64,000 nt of DNA from Azolla caroliniana (Eukaryota; Plantae; Polypodiophyta), in contig JBHGNT010000018.1 of assembly GCA_043228905.1 (NCBI GenBank), positions 2,418,001 to 2,482,000 on the forward strand, written 5' to 3'. This document shows positions 39,702 to 53,526 of this stretch, in pieces. A program made the translations under genes and the position numbers. Positions within the stretch are counted from its first letter, which is position 1, and every line of letters starts with the position of its first letter. The notes under the pieces were generated by a model. That model did no database searches and was not told the origin of the DNA. It worked only from the letters and a program-made list of their open reading frames with translations.

Positions 39702-42700
39702 TCACGCTAGGTCTGCTTGCATCACCTGGTAAAGAAGATGATATCCAAAATGTAACATACAAATAATCCTAGTACTTAAATAATGATATCACCAATGTAA
39801 TAAAATAATACAAAAAGAGATGCAACATTCTGCCCTATGTAACACAATGTATCTGCCCTAGAAAACTACTCAAAGAATGATATCCACACAAATAAGCCGA
39901 CTACTAAAGGAATGTAGGAATAATACCAACTCAGGAACATACAAATAACATAACATTTGAAGGAATCCTATAAGTATATATGAGATATATAACCCAATAA
40001 ATTAAGGAATACTATCAACTACATTAGTGTACAACCACGTTACAGAAGGGACAATACAAATACTATGTTAGGTACAACGACATACTACTGAAGGAATGGA
40101 ACATTGATTAACATACAAATAATCAGGCAACCACATTACAGAAGGGACGATACAAATACTATGTTAGGTACAACCACATACTACTGAAGGAATGGAAACA
40201 TCGATTAACATACAAATAATCAGGCAACTGAGGAGCGATATAAACTATGTAGCACAAAAAAACCAGCTACAAAAGAAAATCGACGTACCCGTTCTACCTT
40301 TAACGCCGGTGTAGCTGCATCAGGATCTGATTCTGATGCTGACGATACTGCATTGGACAATGCAAGTTTATATTGCTTTCGTTCAGTTTGTAGTGTGCGG
40401 CATAAAGTTTCTAATTTCTCTTTCTGGTTCCTTGTTGTATCGAGCTGTTTCTTGAGTGTAGCCCGCTGCAAACGATGGACTCCCATTGTCAAAATGTGTT
40501 CACTTTCCATAAGATTAAATTGCATTAATGCAGCATAGTAAGATTTTGCTACTTATTTAAAATTATTCGCTTTCCATAAGATTAAATGAATTAATGGCCA
40601 AGTCAAAATGTGTTGCTATAGAAAGATTTTGCTACTTATTTACAATTTTGGTGTCTGTGTATACCATAAAAGCTCTAGCCACTATGTCACTAAGTGTATG
40701 AGTCCATTGATGTAATAGCTGGTACTTATTTCCCAATGGCTGGGGGAGGAGATCCACCCTTTTCTATCAGTGGTACCATCTAGATATATAACCATGACAG
40801 AAAGTATAACATAAATGCTCTGAAAGATTTTCGTGTCTGCTAGAAAATGTGTCATATGTTCTACCAATTCACATTGCAGACGTACAATTGTGAGTAATCA
40901 GAATGCATTTGATGGGTATAAAACAGAATAGAAAATATGCATGTGTGATAAAACTTGCAATCCGTCACCTTAACATATATAGTTCGTAATAAATACCTCA
41001 TCAACCAGCTCAATAAGTGTTACATCTGAATTTTCACATTTCTTCTGCAGCGACAAATTCTCTTTTTCTAGTTTCTTGATGGTTTTAGACATCTACAATG
41101 AAAAAAGCAGTAAAATTGGTAAGAAATCAAAGAAAGGTTGAAACAACTTCATGCCATAGACAACTTGAGAAGATTGAAATAAGTAGAAGTAAATCGATAT
41201 ATCACCTTTTCCATTTGCACCTTGAAAGATGAAAATACTTCATTACTCTTGGTTAACGTCTCCTGCAAATTTAATTTGATAACATCTTGATATATTAATA
41301 TGACAGTGGGACATAATTTCAAAATTGTAATGATTTATTGCCTCTCAAATTTCTATTGCCTGAAATTGCTCAAATTTGTCTCCATAGAGTGCAAGTCGTG
41401 CCCGTAAATCCTGCTCAGTCTTAAGAAGCTCAGTCATCTGCTCAGCATAATGATGGACTTTTGCCTCTGCTTGCTTGTTCAATTCCTCCTGTTGCTTCAA
41501 CTTTACTTCTAAGAGATTCTGCTCAAGTGTCTTAGTTTTAAGCTGCAGCAAGATGAAATCTGTTACATTGTCCAGCAGATAAGCACTAAGAAAACAAGTT
41601 GGAATGAGCAAAAAATTACCTGATGTGCATAATGTTGCTCTTTCACTTCATATTGTTGTGTAAATTGTATTAGCTTCTGTTGCAATCTTTAACATCAAAC
41701 AAATGCGATGATGAGAAAAGCAAAATGTGCCCAAAGTTCAACCATATAAACAGTGCATCCATGCAAAATTGCTGGCAAATAAATGCAACATTAAGTGCTT
41801 CGCATTACAAGAAGTTTTACTAATAAACATTCAGCCGACTGAATACCACTAGATACTTTTCAGTGTAACATCTGCTACAGGCTCACCTAGGATTATGTAT
41901 CCTGACGTACCAAAACTAGCAGTTATACCACCCATAGTTGGATATTCACAAAAGCTTGTAAAGAAAGCCTGTAAAAGTAATCATGCATCTGCTATGTGTC
42001 ACATTGCAATCAGCTTCTAACTCCATCCTCCCATTGATATCATACTGAACAATCTACTCTGTACTAGGAGCAACATTACGGATAATATCAAGGTCTATTG
42101 CAGAGGATTCAGACTATTAAGTGGCGGATACATGTCCCACTCCTTGATCCCCAAGCAAAGTAGAACTGAGACTTTAACCTGAACTCCATCTGATCATGCG
42201 TAAAACATCAATGCTAAACTATGCCTGCATAATTTGGCCAAGCGATAGAAAATGGGTGTTGAGAACCAATATCTAATGAAATTAGAAATGAGACATTTTG
42301 TTCAGGATTTTCTTTCAGTTCCTGTGCAACCAGTTCCAAAGCCATCGTTCATAAATCCCTCAGAACACGAACTGTCTAACAATATTGGAACAGTTTATTC
42401 TCACAACGACAAGGGAGAATGCAAACTAAGAGAATGAAAGACAATGTATCATTTATTAGATATCTTCTCCTATATTCAGGACAGCACCTTCAAGCATCCA
42501 GTGTGTTCCTAAATATATATAATCACTCTTGTTACTTAGATATGTTATGCATGCATGAGAGACAATTTGTCATCCTTCCTTCGTGCATCGTTTGACACAA
42601 ATGTGTAAATTGGATGTGATTTATTAGATTTCTGATGTCCAAATTATAGAGCTTCAATTCAGCAAAAGGTTAGAATGGCAAGCTCATACAATTCATTTTC

Positions 42701-45090
42701 CTTGATCTGCTGTATCCGTTCTTCTCCCTGCTCCTCTAGTTTGGCTGTGATATCCTGGTAATAAATAAAGTATTCCATTTTCATCACACCCCTGAACATA
42801 TGTTGACTCTACAGCACTCCAAAAAGCATCTTCATACCTTTATGGCATCATGAAATTTAGTAGATAAGTCTAGGCGTTTCTGCTGCTCTTCTGAAGCAAT
42901 GCGCTTGCATTCATCCTGAGAAGATTTGCTTGTTTGTGAAAAATAACTAATTACAGTGATGTTATTGACACTATAACAGAACTTTCCAATTATCTTACAC
43001 TGAGCTGTTTGTTTTGACGTTGTAATTCTCGGCATAGTGACTCGAGTTTTTCTCGCAGTGTTAGGCTCTTAGCCAATTGAGTACTAGCTATCAAAAGAGG
43101 CCATAATTTCTATAATAAGTGAAAGCTTGAAGAGGAAAGATGTAAATAGAGAGGAGGTAAGGTAATAGACATACTAGCAATCTTTTCATTCATCAATTGT
43201 TCATTCTGTTTTCGCAGATCTTGAATTTCATCTTCTAATAAGGAAGAATGAAGTCCTTCTAGGGTCTGATCCCCATTTTCCTGAATATATCGCAAATTCA
43301 GAATATAAAAAATTTTCAGTTCTTACAACAAATCTAGAATGTCTATATTTTACTTTGTGTATTCTAAACTTAAGTCTGTTAAAGCTTTAATTTTGCTTTG
43401 AAGTGTAATGGAACTATTTATTTATGGAGCTAGAGATTAACTTTCAGAAACAATTCTGAACAATATCAAGATAATAATACATAAAAATATAGATCCATCA
43501 TTTTCAATCTTTATGATTTCATGAATTCCTTACATCAATCGATTTGAAGAAGGATTGTATATAATTGAAGAAAGTTAAAAGCTATAAGAAAATAATCTGG
43601 TGATTTCTGATATGGCTGAATTTGATTAAAGTCTTATGCATAAGTTATCCTTCTTTGAGGCTTGAAATAGTACTCACTCATCAAGTTTTAATTGAGAATG
43701 TAGATTTTAAATTGAGAATATAACAGCTTCTGTCAATTATGATCTAAAAAAGAACCTTTCGAAGTCAAGGGAGGGATGGATACATATTATAATGGTACTG
43801 TACAACATTATAATGAAACAAAATGCAATAAGCATGCTCAAACCATGCAAATAAAAAGAATATGGTAGCCACTAGTTCATTTTCTTTCAAGTTTCCTCAA
43901 CTCAATCAAATCTAGACTCTATAAATTCTTATATAATTTCACCTTCCATATTGTAGAACTTACAGCCAAGGCAGTTCCGCTGATAAGCTCATCTATCTCT
44001 GAGTCATCCTCAGTTATATCAAATCCATGATGCTTTCGAGGTTCTCTTTTGTGTGCTTCTATCACTAATCATGAAATATTGAAAAGGAATATCAGAAGAC
44101 ATGCAATAGGGATAAGTAAATAAAGATGTAGAAATCGCAAATTGTGAAGCTTATGAGTAAGTCCTAATTCTCGAAAAGAAGTTAGTTTTAAGGAGATTAC
44201 TTTCTTCTACTGCAGAAGGAGGAAAGGATATCCCATCTCTAGGATTTGTGGAAAAATCTTCGGCTTCTACAGTGGAAGCTAAAACCGAATGAAAAGATGA
44301 TATTCAAAGAAACTGTGTTTTCAAAGCCACAGGTTTTCCTTGAGAAAAGAAGGCATCATTCCTGATAACAAAACTAACCTTTTCCTTCTTCTCTTACGTC
44401 TTTGTTTCCTTTTTCTTCTCCTTCTGGATTCTCTATGGGAGAGAGTTGGACGGGAAAGCGTCTCATTCTCTCTGGTTTATCAATAGTTCTTGAAGCAATA
44501 GCAGGCGAAAATGAAGAAGACGAGGAGGAAGAATGAGAAGTAGGCGAGGAGGAGCAAGCCAATGGAATCTCGTTGAGGTTAGCGGATAATACTTCTCCAT
44601 CGCTTGATGAGGAACAAATGACAGTGGCAACAACTGATGTTTTTTCGAGAGCACCAGAGGGGGAGACAGCAAATGGATCCGAAAGAACCTCCATGGGTAA
44701 GGAAACAGAAGCAGACGATGAAGGAGAATCGCTGTTGATCGTTCGTCCTCTACCTGCTTCTAGTGATGATGGCGATGGAGATGGCGACGAAAATGCTAAT
44801 GATGCTGTCGATACATGGTGTTGGTGTTTACTGTTGTTTGGCTGTATCTCTGTTGGACAGTCTGAGAATCCATCCGGGAGAGCGTCTCCTTCAGGAAGCT
44901 TTCTTGCGAGCTCTTGGAGGGACTCATCTTCTTCACCGAATCCTCCTCTCTCCGCTTCATTTTCTGCTGCAGCTTCTGCTACTGCAGCTTCTTCTTCCTC
45001 AACGATATTACAGGATTCCTTCTTGTTCTTCTTTCTCAGGACTGGGGATGATGATGAGAGGGGGAGGGGAGCTTCAGGCGCCATGGCCAT
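39702..45090 (-). CDS. Taxilin-family coiled-coil protein with long Ser/Glu-rich N-terminus
   Basis: Exons give [89 protein letters not shown] and QKEKLETLCRTLQTER, which are taxilin signatures. The last exon (VMQADLA*) is less certain. Confidence 0.9.
40034..40229. repeat. Tandem duplication, period 96 bp, in the last taxilin intron
   Basis: TTACAGAAGGGAC(A/G)ATACAAATACTATGTTAGGTACAAC...ACAAATAATCAGGCAAC occurs twice, with more decayed copies at 39900-40030. Confidence 0.88.
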
Positions 45091-45161
45091 GGCCGACGCT
45101 GTGCTTGGCTTTAGGTTTCCTGGAGACACACAGACACACACACACAGAGAGAGGGACAGTT

Positions 45162-45178
45162 CTCTCTCTCTCTCTCTT

Positions 45179-45249
<71 letters not shown>

Positions 45250-45433
45250 TTCCTGCTTTCTTTTTTCTTCTCTTTCTTTTCCCGTTTGGTTTGTTTTTTA
45301 TTTTAAAACATGAATATGAATTCTTAGTTTCACGTAATTACCAAAATAGGCTCTCCATCATTACCCAAATTAGGCTTATATGTACATATGTGAGGATCCT
45401 AACTACGTACCAAAATAAGCTCCTCAGAGACAT

Positions 45434-45480
<47 letters not shown>
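45162..45480. repeat. Two (CT)n microsatellites upstream of taxilin
   Basis: CT runs at ~45162-45247 and ~45437-45480. Confidence 0.95.
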
Positions 45481-45482
<2 letters not shown>

Positions 45483-47160
45483 TGTTGAAAACACACAATT
45501 ATATTAATAAATGTGTGTGAAAAACACTACTTACAATACGTGTGACAATGGAGTATGGTCACACACTAACCACACCACACTACATGGGTAGTGGAACATG
45601 TTAAATTGCCAATAGGCAAGACGAACACTCCACCGAGGAAAGAATTTCCACTTGTTCCAATAAAGATAATTGCCACATTAGTACTCCCTTCAACTTTCGT
45701 AGATATGCTTTCACTCCATGTCTACCATCGAATACAAAAGCGTTGCGCATGTTCCAATTATGACACAATCCCCAATATCTCAAAAATAGGAAAACAATCT
45801 CCATCTCTGATTTTGGGTCAGCCTGTGTAAATTGTGCAAACACCCATTGTCTAGGTGTCAAATAATTCCGTGATAAAACTTGCCAAATTTGAGAAATGTA
45901 ACTCCAAATTTGACAAGCAATTGGACATTGTATGAATCGATGAGTATTATCTTCTATCTGAACTGTGCAAAAGAAGCAACTACCCGTTGCTAGTCCACGA
46001 CGCTTTAAAGCTAATCCCAAAGGCAATCCTCCGATCAAAACTCTCCAAATGAATACCTTTGCAACAAGTGGCAAATTAGAATGCCAACTACGTTGTAAGA
46101 TTTGCAACCACCCATGATCAGATTTGTGTATTTTCCATTCTTCTTCAGCCTTAGATGATAACCATCCAAGAGACTCAATGGAACAATGATACAAAAGATT
46201 AGTAGTCACTTGTAACAATGGTGTTTGACCCCTTAAACTCCAATCAATCCATGGTTGTTCTCCTGTTTGTAGAGGTAAGGGACCTTCATCAATGCAATAT
46301 TCTGTAGTTGTTGTCAAATAAACCCATAATTAGGCGGGATGCGTAATAATTGTCGTGCTTCAGTAAACTCCAAAATTCTTTGAGATGGAACCTCAACTAT
46401 ATCTCCCACCTCTTTGACCCCCAAACGAAACAAACGATTAAATTGAGAACGCAATCTCTCCTTTCCTGGCCAACATAATAACCGAGAAGACACAAGTAAC
46501 TCTTTTTGCAAAGAGTTACAATGCTCTCTACTAGATGATGGTTTCCATATACATAACAAGAGTGCTTCTTGCCACGAGGTAACTAAGTGTTGAACACATG
46601 AAGAACCCGGAATCATAAGTGAAATACATCCATTCAGTAATTGCCACCATGAAGCCTTAATCGTTGTCCTCCCATGTGTTAAACCCTTGTTCTCAATGAA
46701 ATATCAAACAATAGATATCCATGGTTGTGAGTTTGAACACATGTCTTGTAATAATGAAAATCTATGAGCCATCATATGCATAGATAAGTTCAATATTCCA
46801 ACCCCCCCCCAATCGCTTAGGGGCTGCTAGATGATTCCAAGCAATCCATGTGATTCCCATCTTATCCCTCTTCTTCCACAACAAATATCGAAGAGGTTGC
46901 AAAACATAATTCAACGCCTTCTTTGTCCATGACAATAATGGCAAGTAATATAATATCATGGGTTCCATAATACATTGTACAACCTTCAAGCGAACATGAA
47001 ATGGCCAAGATTGTGACTTCCAATACATGAACTTATCCCTCAACTTACTAGACATCCATTCAATCAATTGACCATTTGTAACATTCATTCCTAACTAGAC
47101 TTCCTCCAATTAATATGTAATCCGAAAGCCAATGCAAACTAATTCCATACAAGCATCCCC
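45481..47160 (-). mobile_element. L1/Tx1-type LINE, degenerate 3' part of ORF2 (RT end plus zf-RVT)
   Basis: FGLHINWRKS (late RT motif), WIAWNHLAAPKRLGG, and zf-RVT PLVAKVFIWRVLIGGLP...SCFFCTVQIEDNTHRFIQCPIACQIW...WNMRNAFVF. Broken by several frameshifts and stops. Confidence 0.88.
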
Positions 47161-50100
47161 TTCTCAAGATTCACCCGTGAGGCTTGTAAAGACATGAAAG
47201 ATTCTCGGGCGAGTGATCATAAATGATCGCACTACTAACTGACGGCGTGTGGCCCATGTGACAGAAAATGCACTTAGGATGACCCTATGGAATTGTAATG
47301 GCGCATTCTCGGCACACCCTGGCCGCCTAGAGGAGATACTAAAGGTATCTGATATACTTTTCTTGGTAGAAACACATTAGAGCCCAAATAGAGGACTCCC
47401 ACGGGTCGAAGGATTCCGTTGGGAGTCCGCTTTTAGACAAACCTCACGTCGACACACTACTAGGGGATCTGGAGGTGTCGCGATACTATTTCGTAGAGAG
47501 CTACATAATAGGATAGAAATAATGAAGATAGACACAGAAGCTCGTTTTATGTGGGTGAAAGTCTCCACAAGCAAAGACCATGCAGTATTTTTCGCCATTT
47601 GTTACTTTCCCCCAAAAGGATCCCGTTATAATATTAGTGGCTTGACGAGATTAGTCGATGAAGGAATGCCACATGGGCCTTCTCCATACGAACCCCCTAT
47701 CGGATGACATAATCCGATATTCTTCCCAAGGAGAAGTATTTCTTGTAGGAGACTTCAATGCGAGAACCCAATCCCGACAATGCACAATATTTCAGATGAA
47801 TAGAAACCTAGAAATGGTAAATGTTGATCCTTTAGACATAGGCACCACACGTAGATCAAAGGATCAACGTGCGGACGCCACGAGCTTTGGCCATCATCTG
47901 CTCGAACTTGGCAGTCGGCACCAGATGGTCATATATAATGGTTTAGCTAAGTGGCCGGGCTCGGAAGAGCTCACATGTTTCCCACATGGAGGAGGGGAAA
48001 GCACAATTGACTATCTAATAGGGCGCCCGACAGCTACCCACATGATTAACTCCTTCCGAGTGGCCCCATGCCCTATTGGCGCAGACCATAGCTTCTTATA
48101 CTTCGAGCTAAAATGTGATATCTCTAAGGTCACCAAGTCTAGTCAACCATGCCATCACACCACAATACATTTCACACATGAGCTCTCTGACATATACTCT
48201 CAACATGTTCAGGCCCATCTCCGCTCCATTGATCCCTCTCTACCGTTAGAAAGCCTTAGTACAAAACTCACACACATCCTTCACTCCGCAGCAGCTAGCA
48301 GTTTCCCATATACAAAACACTCAAATCAAGGTAGATCAGGATCAATGCCACAAAATAAATGGTATGACGAGGATTGTAGGGACCTACATAGACAACTTAC
48401 AGTATCGCAACTCAATGGCAGTATTACCTCCACACAAGCTCGCAAAGAAATGCGTAAGATGACACGTCGTAAGAGACGAGCGTGGGAGGCATCCCAATAC
48501 TGGGAACTCTACCATATGCTCATGAGTAGCGATTGCGCCACGGCATGGAAGAGACTACGGGAGCCAAGACCACAAACACCCATCGAAGATCCCGAAACTT
48601 GGCACACATATACAGAGAGACTTTACCAAATCCCAAACCAACCACCTTTTCCAATGCCTTCCACACCCCGGCCTACCACGGGGACACTTTTCACGACCTC
48701 TAGGGTCATGAAGGTCATAAAGAAATTACAACATAGGAAGTCCATGGACCACACAAGATTGCGAGCAGAACACATTATATATGCGAGAGAGTGCCTAGCT
48801 CCCTTGCTAACTCTAATCTTCAATCGTGCCCTTGCGGAGGGTTTTCCACCACAGTGGACTATGAATACAGTGACCCCCATACATAAAGGGGGGAACCCCA
48901 TGGACCCAAATACATATAGGACCATTATGATAGGCCATACCCTTGCTAAGTTATATGGTGCAGTAATGGAAGCAGAGCTTAGCGACTACATGGAGACCCT
49001 AAACCTTCGTGCACCTGAACAAGCTGGCTTTAGACGAGCCTTCTCCACTATTGATCACATCTTCACACTTAGATGCCTAATTGACCAAACTAGGGCTCGC
49101 AAGAAGAGATTATATTGTTGTTTTGTGGACTTCCGCAAAGCCTTTGACACAGTCCCTAGAGATCGGTTGTCTGATAGACTTAAAAGCTTGAGGATACCAG
49201 ATGATATGGTATGGGCCATCTACGCACTATATGAACAAGTGTCCGGGTGTGTCCGATGCCCAGGTGGCCTATCCAATCGTTTCACTAGCACTATTGGTGT
49301 AAAACAAGGTTGCCCCCTATCACCGACGCTTTTTGGGATCTACATTGATGAGATCACAGATTTTATTGCTCGTGAGGGAGGCACCGGAGTGGTCCTTGGG
49401 GATACGCAGGTTCGTATCTTGCTCTATGCGGATGACATAGTTTTGCTCTCTGAATCCGAACACGACCTACAGAGGCACCTCAATGCCTTAGATGACTTTT
49501 GTGTACAACGAGGATTGGTAGTGAATCTAGGGAAAACGAAAGTCCTTATCTTCCACACATCGGCCCAAGTTAGAGCTAAGTGTCACCTAACTATCTCCCA
49601 TAGCCCAGTCGAGGTGGTTGGATCGTACGTATATCTCGGAGTCACTTTTAGTGCCCGCTCAGGTAAATTTTCGATGACACAGGCAGCGAAGGATAGACTC
49701 ACGAGAGGACATGCATCCCTCTCACTCCTAGAGAGACAATGCCACCAAGCACACTTTCAAGAGCCACGGACTAAAGGGTGGCTCTTTGACTCATTGGTGA
49801 CCCCCTCCCTCATGTATGCATCAGCGGTTTGGGCTCCAGGATTACCATCCTTCATGTGGACGCAATTAGAGAGACCATTGGTGATGATGCTATCACGCCA
49901 ACTCCGAAGCAAATCGACTATACCACATGACATTATTAGGGCCGAGTTCACGTTACCCCCAATGCTAGTAGAGGCACTTTTTCAACTTGTAGTCTTTATT
50001 GATAGGATACATAGCCAACCACATGATAGAATATCTCATCAAGCCTTTAAGGCCTCTCGATCATTGTATGAGTCCGGCTATACTAGCTCATGGTATGACA

Positions 50101-51142
50101 TGATGGTGACTTGGCTTCTTGCGAATGGTCTAGACATTAATAACCTACCTCCCCTTAGGTACAACCACACGAGTGATAACACCTTAATCTCTCATGAGAA
50201 CCGCAATAAAGTAATACGCCAAGAAATATGGCAAATTTACACTCGGTGTAAATGGATCACCCCACTAGAGCCACTCCCATCTAAAATGTCGTACTATAAG
50301 AAACACTTCATGCACTTCTCTGAGTTAGGTTTTATCACGCGGCCAAAATATCTAGATGTATTCTTATCACATGCACTAAGGGTTGCCATTGGACAACTTA
50401 GAATATCGTCTCACCAACTTGAGATTGAAAATGGCCGTACTAGTGGAGTCCCTAGGGAGGAAAGGATATGTAGGTTATGTCACATAGAGATAGAGGATGA
50501 GTACCACTTTACATGCAAGTGTCCAACCTATGCCGAGATAAGGGCAAAATACCAAGACATACTTGGTCCGTCTCCCACCCTCCCCAAACTATTAGATACT
50601 CTAGATATAAAGAAATTAGGCAAATACATTCTAGAGCTAAAACAACACAGAGAGAATAAATTACAAAATGTTGACAATAATGTTGCTAATGATCACGAAC
50701 ATGTAACAAATGCAGTTTTTCAGGAACCTGAGGAGACAACGAATGCCGACACACTTGCACCACTCGGCCTTTCCATTGATGAGGCAGAAAACCAGAGAAG
50801 AACCAGACGTCCTCGGGTGCCGGGTTTCAAAGCAACTCAACGTGATGTGGAAGCAATATTGAAAATAAGGGAACGTGAGCTACACCGCCTAGAAGCCATG
50901 GCTAGGGCACTCTCTACATTGGAACCCACATCAAGACCCTTTGACCCCCCACTTCTTTTCGAGAGGTTTGGGTGGAAATAAAATTAGGCTTAGTGTATAG
51001 TCACTTTCGAGTATACTACATATTGTACACTACTTAATTTTATTTTTAGTTATGATGACTGGATAAATACTCTATTGTTGTAAACCAATTGTCTCATGGG
51101 CCAAATTTGGCCTTAGAAGACGTTAATACATCTTTCTTTCTT

Positions 51143-51148
<6 letters not shown>
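47161..51148 (+). mobile_element. RTE-X-like non-LTR retrotransposon (APE endonuclease, RT, C-terminal CCHC), 5'-truncated, with 3' hairpin and (CTTT)n tail
   Basis: APE motifs TLWNCNG, DILFLVETH, GSGGVAIL, VGDFNART, STIDY and ADH. RT motifs EQAGFRRAFSTIDH, CFVDFRKAFDTVPR, GVKQGCPLSPTLF and LLYADDIV. C-terminal LRISSHQLEIENGR..PREERICRLC..EIEDEYHFTCKCPTY. The clade call is from recalled motifs. Confidence 0.92.
47279..50981 (+). pseudogene. LINE EN-RT ORF disrupted by one in-frame TAG (47378-47380) and one +1 frameshift (C5 run 47693-47697)
   Basis: The ATG 47279 frame continues into ORF 47522-47707. Removing one C joins ...PSPYEP to LSDDIIRY... of the 1107-aa ORF. Confidence 0.85.
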
Positions 51149-51204
<56 letters not shown>

Positions 51205-51367
51205 TCGATGTCGATGAGTCGATCGTCTGTCCATGTTTAGTGAAGGAAACCAAAGAGAGGCTTGTTTCGAGCATATGTTGTTGATACACACCTCTTGGAG
51301 GAGCTGCGGTGAATAAATCTATTGGCCTATGTCGTCATCACTTGGATCCCCTTCCTATACATAATAT

Positions 51368-51410
<43 letters not shown>

Positions 51411-53526
51411 ATATGTATGTATGTATCTATCTAATCTTCTGTTGGGCATGGAAAACATGAACAACAAATGATCATTGTTGTTACTTGAAGTCGACGGTAT
51501 TTCACTAAATGCGTATGTGAGGAAATTGTTGCTTCTGTCAAACACACACAAATTTATGTTCCGCTTGCAATGAATGGTCGTCATTGTTTGTCGTGGTTAT
51601 GAATCACGGACTCAAAATGCCCCTAAGAGAGTGCTATGAGAGAGAGAGAGAGAGAGAACAATTTAGTGCTCAAAATCTACTCTGGTTCAACAATTCGTGT
51701 GCTCTTGGCAAAGGATATTAGAACTGGTCAATTAGAAACTATATGAATGTGGAACTAATTGATAACACTCTACCAACAAAGATGCTCACATCCACACAAC
51801 TATTACATTGGGATGGGAAGGAAAATGTCAAGTCAAAGCTCAATTATATGGCAAGGCTTGGCTTAGTAAACAGGCAAAATGTTGTTTTAGAGTCGTGTGG
51901 ATTGATCATGGCCTTTAAAGTCAATGTGCACCAAGTTTCATATGCCTCCTAGATATTATTACATATGGCAATTAGTGATTGTAATGTCTGTTCTTGTAAG
52001 CCCCTACTCCAAATTTGTGGATAGACAAACCATGGAAAGTTTGATGGTAGGAAATCAATACACACCAACAATATATATTGTAAGTTTGATTGACGATAGA
52101 GCTTCGCTAGTTGTAATGGTTACACTTACATGGCATATTACCAATTGCATTCAATGATAGCATTAGGCTTTGGTTATAGGATTCATTTTCGCGTCCTTTT
52201 GTGCAAATGAGTTTCTTTGGCAAGCCATGGTGGGTGGTTGTGTAGCCTTGGTGTTAGCTTCAAAACACTTTCTTTACAGGATGTGTCCTATCAAGGTCAA
52301 ATTGATATATCCATCTAAGATTGACATCTCATATCACCTGCAAGCCTTGGGAGCAGTTTCACCTCCAATCAACTTAGATACAAAATTACTTCAAACTTTT
52401 TTCACTATTCAACGAAAGAAGTTCAATTCAACAAACTATATTCACTTTCAACCAAGAAGTTGTGCAATCTCTTCTAAGAGTGAACACTTTAGGTGGAAAT
52501 AATAAACTTGAGAAAAATGTGTGTCAACCAACAACAATATGAATAGGATAAGAATACATACTCTTGTCGTCCTTTGTTTTCATTGATCATCTTAGAACCA
52601 AGAGATTGAAAAGTTAAATTTATGAATTAAGGAAGAAGAAAAACACACTAGTTTAACCTTAAACCCTACACATGATTAATAAACACTTATCACCAATAAA
52701 AAAGGCCGAGCTCAGATAGCTCCAAACCAAAAGTAGACAACACATTTAAATTAGCAGCCATCCATTATAGGTGAGTAATGCAACCAACATTCATATCCCA
52801 AGAACTCAAATATGTAAGAGCATTCAAACCTCATTTATGAGAGAAAACTAGAGGAACATCAACACTTATTCAACACCAATCCATCCATGCAAATGTAACA
52901 CACAATATATATACAAGTAGACGAGCATTATAAATGTAGAACCACATTAGAGAAACATAACAGTTTATTAAGCAAAACTTAATCGTTGCACGAAGTGTCA
53001 TTGGCTGATCCAAACAAGAGAATATAAAGGAAGATACTATAAACATAAAAGACTGTTGGCAACAATTCATCGATGCCTGAGTTCCTCATACAACCTTATT
53101 GCACACATAAGAGTATATAAACCTTATATACGTAAGAAGAGTCAAGGAAGAGTAACAACTATGCAGCAGCAATTCATCCATGCCAAAGTTCCCTCGGCCA
53201 AGACTCGACAACTACATATATAAGCGTATGTAACCCTTATATATATAAATGCAGAGCAGAGGAACATCAACAATCATTATTTGGTGACATTACATGCCCT
53301 AGTTCCCTTGGTCACGTTTAACGAATACATTACGAATATATGTGTGTAAACCAACTATATAAGGTTTACAATAAACCTTTGCATAGTGAAGGGCTTGGTC
53401 AAACCCAACACAAACATATCTAAGAGTATATAAACCTTTATCTATGTATAAAAGCATATGAGAGAAACATCAACAATGATCAGCAAGAGTCCATGGAGAC
53501 TAATCCTTTTTCCTTTCTGTAATTTT

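Noticed and set aside
44573-45488. Two plus-strand ORFs of 246 and 241 aa
   Set aside because: Antisense shadow of the low-complexity taxilin exon 1 plus (CT)n runs.
47378-47697. Programmed readthrough or frameshift, or U-to-C editing, restoring the LINE ORF
   Set aside because: No recoding signal is recognisable, and plant U-to-C editing is organellar. Simple mutation or assembly error is more parsimonious.
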